This document shows positions 52,110 to 64,000 of a stretch of 64,000 nucleotides of DNA, piece after piece. The position numbers and the translations under genes are program-made. The notes beneath the pieces were generated by a model. The model did not search any database, was not told the origin of the DNA, and saw only the letters and a program-made list of their open reading frames with translations. Origin of the DNA: Trichinella spiralis (lineage: Eukaryota); NCBI RefSeq assembly GCF_000181795.1, contig NW_003526941.1, forward strand, positions 3,969,637 through 4,033,636, read 5' to 3'. Positions within the stretch are counted from its first letter, which is position 1; each line of letters starts with the position of its first letter.

Positions 52110-54649
52110 GTGAAAGGACACGACAACCAATTTTCAAAAAAGTGCTGTGTTTTAACGTTGGGATAAATTGGTAATTTTTTTTGTGTAAAAACAATTTTCT
52201 GCAAAAATAACAACCGAAATTAGATGCGAATGAAAAGTTCGATCAAATGATGTAATTGGAACTTGCGTGATCCACTCGAATTCATTGTGAGCATAATTAA
52301 ATTTGCTTCTCTTATGCATAGTAGAAAACATTTGATCAAAAACAATGAAACACTGAAGTTTACACTACTTTTAAATTCCAAATTTAAAACTGTAACATCA
52401 ACTATTTTTAAAATATCAATGTAAAATTAATAAAATTTTTAATTTTTTCTAATTTTACAATGCTACAAATTTGAAACTGCGCGCATATAAATGTTGCATA
52501 CTGTCAAACAATTAATTTATAACACTCTTTCATTTACTGAACAAATAAAAACATTAAAATCTTCATGAACATATCACTGCAATCCCCATGCATATCATTT
52601 GCATTTTTCATCTATTTCAGTTCGCCATTTTTAAACTAAAGAAACGACATTCACATGATCATATCTTTAATAATTGCACTTTCAACTTTTCCTCGATCAT
52701 TATCAATAAACTTTAAATATAATTCCCACAAAAATGTTTCATTTAACTGACATCGATAAATAAAAAAATTATAACAGAAAATCTGTTTTGGACTGATAGT
52801 TCGATGCTTAAAATTATGTAAAAAAAAGAAAAATTTTCACTGCAACAGCCATTCATTTGGCAGATCTATGAATTGCAATAATTTCAAGTTTGCTTATTTG
52901 AAAGTCACAAATTCATAAATTCTGATTTAATTATAACAGAAATTTATGCCACTGCTATTTGTTACTCATAAGTAAATTTTACTAATTCAGATTTTTCAGA
53001 ACTCAACTATGAATCAAACATATCACAGACAAGACGTAACAAAATTCTCGCAAAATTGAAATGCAGCTATTATATCAGTTAAAAAATACAGGTTTCTTTC
53101 TAACAGCAATTTGAAAATGATCACTGTGTTATATTAATTGAAATTTATTTCCACAGCACAATCACTCGCAACACTCAGACCAATAAATAAATTCTACTTC
53201 AAAATTGTTGCTTTTCATACAATACACTACCCAGAATCAGGAATATAACCGATGACGTATGTCAATGCTAAAGGTTAATGATGAAATTACAAAAATATAA
53301 TTATTTCATTCAACAACACAGCTTATGCTGATAATTACAATTCGTGCATTCGAAAATCAAAATTAACGCATCTTCTAAATGTCACCTATTACATAACAAT
53401 TAATAATTAATGATAAATAATTTGTTTACACAATTGTGATGTTGACAGTCATTTCTAACCCCAGATTATAACATTATACTATAATCAGTCATGATATAGA
53501 ATAATTAAAAATTTCCAACTTACTAACGACGAATGACATACAACTGAGAAAGCAAAGATTATCCCTCAATAAATAATTAACAATTTTCACAAGGAACACA
53601 ACAAAACCCAGCATCACTAATATTCTTATTAATGAAATTGAACTTATCAAAATAAAGTTAACATTAATAACGCTTCCACTGTTTCTGCAATCATAAACAA
53701 AAAAAGTTTGATTGCAATCGTCCAATTATATCGTGCAGAATCAATTTCAGCTAAATCTATCTGTGTATTACTTAGTGAAAAAGATAAATTGATACAATTA
53801 TAACGCACAATACGTTTGATGTCAGGTAGGTGGGAATGAAGAAGATTGAAAGCCGAAATACTTGTGATTGCAAGAAAATTATATATTCAAGCAAAGTTTA
53901 GAAAAAAAAATCATAGTTTCATCTATTGAAAACATTTTTTCAACTTTTGAATGACCTCAAAATTCTTTCTAAAGTTCTTTTATTATCAGTGAAACAATAA
54001 ACATATTCATTTTAAATTTATTTATATTTATCATTACTTGATTATTTTATTTATACAGTGTAGCGGTTACGTGGATTTTACTTCGAGAATCGTACTACTG
54101 TTACAGTATATTAGAACGTAGGACAAATGCAATATGTAATGTTTTTGAACCGAACTGCTACAGCAGTACATTTTAAAATTCTTTAAAATGTAACGGCCTC
54201 GTAAAATGTGAAATATCTTAAAACTGCCGTTCGAGACGGAAACCAACCACTTCAAACCTCAAACCGTTTACAACCATCATAATGAAGAAGTCAAATTTTA
54301 AGTGGAAATAAGATTCATTCAAAATCATCAAACGCACACACACACACACTCGATTACTACATGTGACAGAAAGTTCTGCAAGTTTCTAGATAATATTGAA
54401 TGATTCTGCTAAAAAATGTTTAAGTGTATTTACTTCAAAAGTCATACACAGTACAGGTTATGGACAAGTGCTGGTATTTGGTTAGATTAGAAAAAAATTT
54501 CAAAGAAAGCGTTCGTAAAACATACAGATCTGTGCCTCAGTTATAAACAAATTTTGAATTCACCATTACAACAACATAATTTCAAAGAAAAGGTTCCAGA
54601 AAATTTTATAAACTGAGATTTTGTTGAACTTTGCATGAAAGTCGAAAAG

Positions 54650-56142
54650 CTAACTGAAATCAGATATTCTCCAAATTTCCACTCCTAAGCACAGTATTCT
54701 TTCTACTGGAATACTGTGCAATAATTTTACCTAAAATGCTTCTGATCAGACATATTCGAATTCCTAATCGTCATTCTTAATTTATTTTTCATGCTCTACT
54801 TTTTTACCCTCAATTTCGAAAATAAATGTACTAATTTCATTATGCTGAATCTGAACAAATGTGTCGAAAAGAACTGCTTACCTGAGATCGAACATAACGT
54901 ACAAGTGCATTTAATGGAATCGGGTTATCAAGCTCTCGATCGTATATATTTCGCCATAGCGCACCTGCCAACGTTTTGTCATCACTGAGTATGCCCTGAG
55001 AAAGAGAAAAGAAACAGTTTCGTTCATTATCATATCTAACAAAATTTTTGCATAAAAAACTTCATCATCGCATCAATATACTTCACACTAAACACTGATA
55101 ATAAATAAAACAGGAAATATAATAGTAAGCTTCGTAATTTGAAGCTCAATGCAACAAAATTTATCCAATGTAACAGCATTACTTGCAAATCTTTTTACTC
55201 ACAGTATGACAGCAATCTAAAATTTGCTTTTAGCATGCAGCATACGCGCTTTCACCGTTTAACAAATTTAAGAAAAAAATGCACAACGACTAGGAATACA
55301 AATAGCACAACTATAATTGCAAATCTGTAAAATATTTTAAAAAACACTTTCATCAGTTAATGTAAAATTACCTCATCATATTCCAAAAAGCTTGTTATCA
55401 ACAAACCATAACAAAGTGACAGAGTTTCACGCTTTTTTAATGAACATGCTGGATCGACCTTCTAAAATATTAAATCAATGTTAACAGTTTAAAAGATCGC
55501 TTCCATTACACAGTATCAAACTTACACTTAGTACTTTGATTCGAAGTTTAACATCGTCCCAAAGACAACCAATTATTTCTTTTTTCACAATTTCCAAAAT
55601 TGTAGGTTCACTGCTAAGTCGCAGCAACAGCAGCCTGAATTAAAGTGTAAAATGTCAAACTGTTCAACAACCAAAACTACAATAACAGTTACCAAATATG
55701 CAGTATATTAATTTTAAACCACGACATAAATGTATCTGGAAGCTGATAGGCTAAAATGAAATGTTAAAATGCTTCTCAATGGAAATCAACACTGAACATA
55801 CTTTTGATAAATTTAAGATAATCTACCTCGTTAGAACACTGGACATACAATTTCGCAGAAGCATCCAACAGAAACTGAAATGAGAAATATGTAAAAATTG
55901 AAATAAATTGAGGCACCTACTTCTTTGCTTTTATCTTCATCTTTTTTCCTCACACGAACAGCTTTTTCAAACCACTGAGTGACTGATGACAAGCCAAAGG
56001 ACCGAAAAGTAGTGAAACTTTTCGCATTATCTGATAACTGAACTGGCATAGTTTGAAAAGTAACCAATGATGAAACAGTTCTACTGCGTAATAAAGAAGC
56101 TAGAGTAGAAATTTTTCGACAACGCAATACTGAACACTGCAT
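54650..56142 (-). CDS. UQCC1: Ubiquinol-cytochrome c reductase complex assembly factor 1 (Cbp3 family)
   Basis: Mitochondrial presequence-like N-terminus. Spliced motifs LPDTFMSWFKINILHIWL, LWDDV, YDEGILSDDKTLAGALWRN and LVRYVRSQ. Confidence 0.9.
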
Positions 56143-57955
56143 CGTAAATTTTTCATTAACATATACAGCTAAAAGAAATTTATTATGTAAGAAAATTTTT
56201 TCATAAATTTAAATTTACAAAACAAACGTATTATTTCGCAGGCTCAGCAGTGGACATTAATTTAACAGAACTTACAATTTATTATACTGTAACAATGTGA
56301 TGCACAAGTTAATTTTAAAAAAAATTTACATTTTTTTGTATTCAAATTGAAGATAAAAAAGTATAAACCGTTGCTAAGAGCTCTTGATTAAATGTGATTT
56401 TTATATTGTCAAATTAACTAATAAAACAATGAAAATTTCAAAAACTGTAATTTTTAAAGAGATTTTTTTTCAAAAAAATGCTTAACCGATAGTTTCATCT
56501 CATTTCACAGTTGAATAACAGAAAAAAAAATATTCAATTAAATTTGTTTCGCGTTTAAGTGTAGTAATTTCTAAAATTGTTTACGTACAGCTAGCCAGGC
56601 CGGCTTTGGCATATGTTGAAACTGCTATAAGCAAAGCTAATAAGCCTGATGTCATCACTTAGCCTGGGAGAAGTATTGAACGGAAGTGTTGAGCTTTTTG
56701 TTCCTACTTTTCTTGCGTTCAATGATGACGAGTTGAAACGTCAACCAAGTCATCATACTTTTAAATGCGTTCAAATTGCTCATCTGGCGACACTGAAAGT
56801 CAGCTGCGAACGAATAGAAGACACTGACTGCTTGCTAGCTGACTGAACAAGCAAGCAAGCAAGCAAGCAATAGTTGCTTAGCTGCTATTTCAATTTTCAC
56901 CGGACGGCTTGCAGTGAGTGGCTTGGCGAGCGACAACCGTTGTTGTTATTATTATAATTATAATAATTATTGTTGTTGTTGTTGTTGTTGTTGTGTACAC
57001 ATTCTGCTTGCCTCCATCACCAACAAGCGTAAGTTGCTTTTATTCATGCTTTTTTAAACTTTTACTTCGTTTCCCTTTTAAAATATTCCACTTACTTATT
57101 TGCTACTAAATGAATTGAAGTTTGATTCCAGTCAACCTTTCTAATATTCATGTCGACCTGAAAATGTTAAACTTTAGCTTGATGAACAACAATCTAGATG
57201 ATACCAGATGCTAAAATCGACTCAATAATATCAGATCAAGGGCTTATCAATTCGTTGTCAAAACGTGAAATTTGACCATTCAAATCAAGCTCTTCTTTCA
57301 TTCATGCGTCATTTTTGGTGTTAACTTTCACAAATCCAATTCGATTTGAGAAAAATTAAAAAATAATTTTATTAAAATAGTTGAAATTTGAAAGGTTGTT
57401 TTTCACTGACGAACAAACAAATGAATAATTTTCAAAGTGTCGCACTACAATTATACTGGAGCGGAACTAAAAGTTACTGGTTCGATTTTGCATCATTTAC
57501 ATTCAACTCGGACAGATGTAGATGTTGGAATGTTGAAAAAAGATGCTTTTACGCCAGTTTAATGTGTTGACACGCCGTAGGTGAAAAACACATGCGTAAC
57601 TTAAACAAACCGAACACAACTCTTTGATTTAATAGAAGCCTCAACTTGTCACCTTGTAAACAAATGAACTTTTATCATTTTTCAAACAACAAATTTCAAG
57701 ATGAAATCATGAAATTTTTCTCACCGAGAAATGATGAGAAATTGTCCATTTATTAGTGATGACATGTTGTTGTACAATTATTCAATTCGTAGCAATTCAC
57801 GTTACAATTAATTCCATTAAGGGAATTAATTATTCAAACAATAAGTGAATTATTCATTCTTTTTTCATTTGCATAAATAATTGTCTTTGTTCGGTGTGAT
57901 AGATGAATAACTGAAAGCTTGGAAAGGAAAAACGAACATAGCCGACCGACCGTAT

Positions 57956-60900
57956 ATGATGAGAACTACTGCCAATCGACTAGATTATTCCATAACCGAC
58001 GGCGGCTTAAAATATTGCGCCTCTATAGCTGTCTTTGTCGGGCTCATCTTATCCCTTTTGACAATGCTGCCGAGTAGTCAGTTCAAAAGAACAGACAGTT
58101 TAAAAATTAATGGTAATTGAATTGTATTTTATTATTTATTGTCAAAATTGTATTTTGCATTAAACAAAAACAAAATTATTAAACTAATGCAGATGAAAAA
58201 TGGAATGAAAACGAAAAATCAGAAAAAGAATCCCTCAGGTCGGAAGAAGAAGCTTTACGATTGAAGCAACTGGGAGAAATGGTTCGACTGAGACAGCAGA
58301 GGGTGGCTAAAAGAAGAATCTCAAAAGAGGATCAAGAAAATGAATTTGAAGAAAATTCTAACAAGCAACAACAACAACAACAACAACAACAGCAAAAAGA
58401 AAAGATGGATTTCACGTCTGAAAGCGATGAACCAAAACCAACACTACAGCAGCAGCCGCATTTCTCATCGCCGGTGCGAACATTTCGAACGAAAGGCAAA
58501 GAGCATATAAAAGCTAGCACTGTTTATCCATCTCATGGTGGTGGTGACGAAGATGAAAATTCTGATTATGACGATGATGAAGATGAAAATGAGGGAAACC
58601 AAATTGCTGAACCAAAGCAAACGAAATTAAAAAATAGTCGACAAATTCGTGTATTTCGAACAAAAAATGGTCAAATAACCGAAAAGCCGTCGATCATTCA
58701 TGAACATGTGCAAATACCAATTTCCAATGGTCAAAATCTTGGAAAAATTAGAGTATACAGAACAAGAGGTCATCATACGGCTTCTAAAATTATTTCCCAA
58801 CAATCAGATGAAACGAAATTTCTTACTGATGATGATGATAATGACAACGACAACGACAACGACGACGACGATTATGATGATGATAATAATAATAACGATG
58901 ATGATACAGATGATAAAGATAGTATAGATTCAGGAAAAGAACACGAAGAGATTGAAGAAACAAAAATTTATGATCAAATGCCAAAACAAACCGCTACAGT
59001 TCGATATATCCGGATAAAAAATGGAATAGCTTCTAAAATAACACAACCGCTGCTACACACTGAAACAGAAAGTGGCCATCACCAACTTTCAATTCGATAT
59101 CGAAGAATAAAGGGAAAAGATCAAACCGATGGTCAAATGGAAGAGTGGAAAATTTTAGTCCCAAAAGTAACACTCAACTACAATACTAACAGCCTCATAT
59201 CAACGAACGCGAACAATCAAATGGTGCCGTTTAAAATCACATTACTTCCAGAAACGCATGAAATTTCTGAAGATAGAAGTGCCCATCTTCCTCAGTTGAA
59301 ATACACTGTCACTAATCAACTTGACCAAAGAATTCGATTACGACTGGATATTGCTGATAGACTTTTGAGTGAAGTATGCATTTAAAAAAAATTCCACAAT
59401 CTTACCTTAACTTGTGAATTTGTTCAGAGAAGACTTGAAGAAAGTTTGTACGAATTTGACGACTTATTGAAAGTTTATCCTACCAGTCCGCGTAGTCGTT
59501 ACGGTAAGGCAGTCAGTTTGGATCTACTTGCTGACCATCGACAATCAAATCAATATCTAGAAAAAGCAATAGACGCGTACGAATCGGTTAGTATGTATAC
59601 AATAATTTTTTTTCCATACAGTACCTATAAATAACTTTCAGGTATTACAATTACCACAATTACCGGATGAACTGTTGCAATTAACTGTACATCGTCTTGT
59701 TGAACGATGCAGATTTCGAGGTGAATAAAAAATAATTTATTTATTTATTCAATTTTGAAATATTGGAAATAAATATATACTTTTATTAATAAAACACCCA
59801 CAATAACATTTGAAATTTATCATTTATTTTGCATTAAATTTTACCCATTATTAAATTTGAATTCTTTACAGCTTACAAAGATACATATATATATATATTC
59901 AAATATAACAAGCATTTAAAGTAGTTTTTTTATCATGAGAAATATTACTTTCAAGTTTTGAAAGTGAAATGATTGTTTTAACATAATCATTAACATACTC
60001 ACAAAAGTTAGTGCTGAATTTTTTTCATGACTTATTAAAATGAATCGACATTTTAGGATGGTTCGACAAAGCTGTACAAGCTCAAATTCGTTTGCTGGAA
60101 AAGCAGCCAAATGATGCCAACTGGTTAAATGAGTTTGCAATTACGATGATGATGATGGGTCGTTTTGAAGATGCAAAACGTGTCTTTTTATCTGTAAGCA
60201 GTCTTTTAAAACTTACTTGTCTTTACCTGTATTTCATACATTTTGAATGTAAATGGTTTAAAATTGATTTACAATAAATTAAATTATAATTTGTTTACAT
60301 AAATTTTAAAAATAAATAAATAATAACACTTGATTTATACAATTTTCAGGTTTTAGATAAAGATATGGGCAACGCAGTGGCTTTACTTTATTATGGATAT
60401 ATTTTAAAAACCGTGGATCGAGATTACGCAAAATCGATTCATTTTCTTTCTCGAGGGCTTGCAATTGGCGTGCAGTTAAAACAAGCGGCTCGCTTTGTGC
60501 TTCATTTAGGAGAAGCATTGCAAAGGTTGAACAAAACTGACGAAGTATGAAATGAATTATTAAATTAAAAAAATAATAATCCAACACCTTTTAAATATTT
60601 TCAAAGGCTTACAGTTTGTACGAAGAAGCTGCAAGAAATCGAATCTTTCTTTCAAAATATCAACGCTCTTTGTACAATGTTGTTGGAATAACTGCTAGAC
60701 CATGGTGGACAGTAGGACAAACAATCTGTGGAAAGCAGCTAAAAGTAAAATTTTCACTATCTTTGTGATTTCAATTTGAAATTCAAATTAAACATTAAAA
60801 TTTAACAGAATTTGGAAAAAAACTGGCGTCAAATTAAAGAGCAAGTGATGCACGTATGGAATACTGTAGGTAGAGAATTCGATCGAGTAGAATCATACAC

Positions 60901-61383
60901 GGAAACTGGCGATTGGAAACAAATGAATTTATTCACTTCATCAGGTAGAAAGTACACAAAGAACTGTGAACATGCAGAAGCGTTGTGTAACATGATGGAA
61001 CAACTGTCTGAAGATAGTGATTGTAAAGTGGAACAGGTAATTTTTGATTTTTCAATAATTCAATAATAAATATTAAATTTTTTAACATGGAATTTTCACA
61101 GATATACTTAATCTCCTTGGTGGCCGGAACACACATATGGCCACGGTGTGCATTTGCAAACTATTACTTGACTGCTTACATGGGAGTGGCACTTCCACAT
61201 GGATCTTGGATTCGTGTACACAATGAAAGCAGGCCTTTGATTTTGGGACGCTTTGCGGTATTTGATCCAAGTTTCGAGCATGAATTACACGCTGGTGGTT
61301 CAGGATTTCAACTGCTGCTTGCGGTGAACATTTGGCATCCAGAATTAAGTGAAGAGCAGCGTCAATCAGTGCCACCTCTGTAA
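57956..61383 (+). CDS. ASPH: Aspartyl/asparaginyl beta-hydroxylase-like protein (type II TM, acidic luminal region, TPR, oxygenase fold), catalytic residues degenerate
   Basis: TM YCASIAVFVGLILSLLTML in the exon from 57956; acidic region; YPTSPRSRYGKA; SKYQRSLYNV...ARPWW; LEKNWRQIKEQ; GDWKQ; VFDPSFEHE; NIWHPEL. Confidence 0.9.
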
Positions 61384-62173
61384 AACGGATAAACAAAACC
61401 ATAAACATGGAAATATAATTGACAATTAAATATCGAAACTGTTTGCTATTGTACAAACTAATTAACTGGCCAGGTTATGAGAGCTTTCAAAATGCAAAGA
61501 GGCTCGCCGGCTGTTTAGAAGTTATCAGAAAGTTCGATATTCCTCAAAGAGGAATTTCTGCCTAAATTTTAATTTTTAATAAATTCACAATCACAGTTCT
61601 TTCATTTCATAAAATCAAACAGTACTTTTACTTGTCAATAATATTATCCACAAAATAAAAAAAATTTCGTCATTCTGAAAAAGTTTTCAACTGAAATTTC
61701 AGGTAAGTGAATTTCTTCAAAAATATTGTCCTTGAAAATCAGTAACTGCTTGTAGTTTACAATTTGTAATCAAACATTTTCACCCACTCACTGCACCCTT
61801 GCTTATTGGACAAGAATTACTGATTACGAAGAGAAATAAACCCCGATAAACTGAAACCTGCTGAAAATGAATTTGTAATAATGCAAAAGTGTCGTTACTC
61901 GATGATTCACTCAAGCAATATTTCATGTTGTAACAATAACTGATTTTAGAATAGTGAAATCAAACTAAAACTTCTCTTTTATTGCTCATAAACAAGTTAC
62001 TTAAAATTGTATTAACAATGCTAAATACTCATATTTAATTTCTGGTTAAGCTTCAACAATATCACAGTTTGACAGAAAAATGTTGTTTACACACACACAC
62101 ACATGCACATAAATTAAAAAAATATACAAAACTTATACTATAGATGAATAAAGTGAAAAAACCTTCGTAAACT

Positions 62174-62191
62174 TGACCTCCGAACAGGTCA
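62174..62191. promoter_or_regulatory. Perfect everted-repeat (ER6) nuclear-receptor element
   Basis: TGACCT-ccgaac-AGGTCA, 1.3 kb upstream of the Spot14-family ATG. Confidence 0.35.
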
Positions 62192-63489
62192 GGTGAATAT
62201 TTTTTTTCCTTTATTAGTTCACATTCCACTGAAGCGGACAGTGTCGTAGATCACGGAAAAATGCAACTTATATCGGTATAGAAAGTTGTGCAACTTGTGA
62301 AACAGTTACTTGCCAATTAGCAGTTGTAAACTTGTTAATCAGTAAATTATGTTAACAAACATACAAAAATGTTAGTAAAATGTAAAAAAAAACAACTAAC
62401 CAATAAAAAATTTAAAGCCTTCTTTGAAATGATGTTGCAAAGTAGGTGTAGTAGTGGTGAGCTGTGGAAAATATCGGTCGTCATGAGACTAGAAATTGAT
62501 TGCTGCAGGCGAAAAGCGATCAAGAGCGAAAGACGTCAAAGGGAACAACGGCGAGACAATTTCCGGAATGCACGGCACATCTATGTTGGTATAAAATTTA
62601 TGATTTTCAGGTTAGTTGGACGGTCATAAAAGAATGAGACTGATTACGCATTAGCTACTTTATGTATACATATTTCTTCTTTGTATTTTTGCACTATTTT
62701 TGTCAGGAAGAGTTTGCTTTTTCATTTTTAGCTTCAGATGGTCAGATTTCGCTTCTTTCTTTAGTGAATATGAAACAGGATTGTCAAGACGGACCACATT
62801 TATCATAATTTATTCTATAATTAGATAAATTGAAATAAATACATAAATAAGTAAATAAATATGCTTATCCAACTGCCTATATATATATATACATGTATTT
62901 GCCTCTACCTCCATCTCTATCTGTTAATGTATATTGTCTGGTCAGTGAACTTTTTTCCAAATTTCTCGCGCCTAGTGGTGAAATGTTCTGAAATGAATGA
63001 CAGCTTAGAATGGAATATAAAACTACGTTCACGTTTAGGTCAACACTTGTACGTTTTGCGAATTGCGTTCTAGTTTGAAAAGTCCCAAATTGAAAATTGA
63101 CCCTTTTTGGCTATTTACGAACGTCTCGGGCGCGGCCTACAGAGACGTCGACATTGGCAAAGCAAGTAAGCTAGTCGCAATAAGCCGTTTGCATTGTTTT
63201 CTAGAGGCATTGTTATGTAAAACAGAGCCTTCAGCTGCTGAACGATTGGAAAATTGATAAAAGCATCTTGACCAGAGAAAGATCAGCAGCATCGCGCCGG
63301 CTACGGTGAGAAGCAGATAGTCAACGGCTCGGTTTGGCTTGGTACGGCTAGTTGAGGTTTCTGTTGGCCGACGACGAGCAGCAAACAACGAGCGCTTGAG
63401 GCAAGTTTAAACTTTAAACAACAAGCAGGCAGAATCGCTCAGATAGACAGATAATAAAGAAAAGGCCCGCATCATCGTTGTCAATTCCA

Positions 63490-63984
63490 ATGGATCGGCT
63501 AAACAATAACGGCGGTCGTGGTCAGGTTCTGTGCCTCAGTCAAGGTGAATGTACGACCAGATCAATTGTCAAAGCGCTTGACAATTTTTTGACCGCTGTC
63601 CAGCGGATGAAAGACACGGTCATGGTTCCGAGTCGACTGATCGATATGACAACCAGTGTTGGTGAACTGCGTGAAGCGCTGAACAGTCCACAAGAGCCGA
63701 ATGCACTTGTCGCCATACCGTCCAACATGGTCACATCAAGCTTCCCGTTGTACAGCTTCTATCAAATGCTGCAAATGATTCGCAACCAACTGGTCAGCGG
63801 GCCAGAAGCCGACGATGCCAACTCGGATGTGAACGGCGCCGATGAACAATGTCGACACTTGTCGCATGCTTTTCAACAACACTTGCAAGGTCTGTTTTCC
63901 GTCCTACGTCAACTCACCGACACGGCCAACTACCTAACAAAGCGTTACCAAGACGAAGTCGATGCAGCGTTCATGCCACTTTAA
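63490..63984 (+). CDS. MID1IP1: Spot14 / MID1-interacting protein family, intronless
   Basis: SIVKALDNFLTAVQRMKDTVMVPSRLIDM; LYSFYQML; FQQHLQGLFSVLRQLTDTANYLTKRYQ. Confidence 0.88.
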   Translation: MDRLNNNGGRGQVLCLSQGECTTRSIVKALDNFLTAVQRMKDTVMVPSRLIDMTTSVGELREALNSPQEPNALVAIPSNMVTSSFPLYSFYQMLQMIRNQLVSGPEADDANSDVNGADEQCRHLSHAFQQHLQGLFSVLRQLTDTANYLTKRYQDEVDAAFMPL

Positions 63985-64000
63985 ATTTAAAAAAATAACC

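Noticed and set aside
63137..63388. 83-aa minus-strand ORF with a TM-like segment
   Set aside because: It starts at TTG, is antisense to the probable Spot14 promoter/5'UTR and has no recognised homology.

Overview
This is AT-rich eukaryotic DNA with densely packed genes and short GT-AG introns. The organism is a nematode, most likely clade I such as Trichinella; this is inferred from the flp-1-type precursor, intron style and operon-like spacing. The draft assembly has four 10-N gaps, three of them flanked by near-identical duplicated blocks that are probably overlap or haplotype artefacts. Positions 1-10.5 kb form an accessory region with decayed duplicated gene units, a 1.9-kb degenerate 40-bp G-rich tandem repeat and LTR-like debris. 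Positions 11-64 kb encode an ePHD (RAI1/TCF20-like) protein, QSOX, a small CP110-like protein, an unknown 86-aa secreted precursor, BCS1L, MVB12, STUB1/CHIP, ZIP7, syndecan, TMEM258, SERINC, flp-1, UQCC1, an ASPH-like protein and a Spot14/MID1IP1 protein. The most notable items are: (1) the ASPH homologue has lost an Fe ligand and the 2OG-binding residues and gained a repeated basic motif; (2) the 40-bp repeat reads as a stop-free 40-aa unit cycling through all three frames; (3) the CP110-like gene; (4) the TATA/Inr-driven secreted peptide gene; (5) candidate SL trans-spliced operons; (6) a perfect ER6 nuclear-receptor element upstream of the Spot14 gene. I recognised no rRNA, tRNA or CRISPR. 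Gene models were spliced by hand and homologies were recognised from memory, not by database search.
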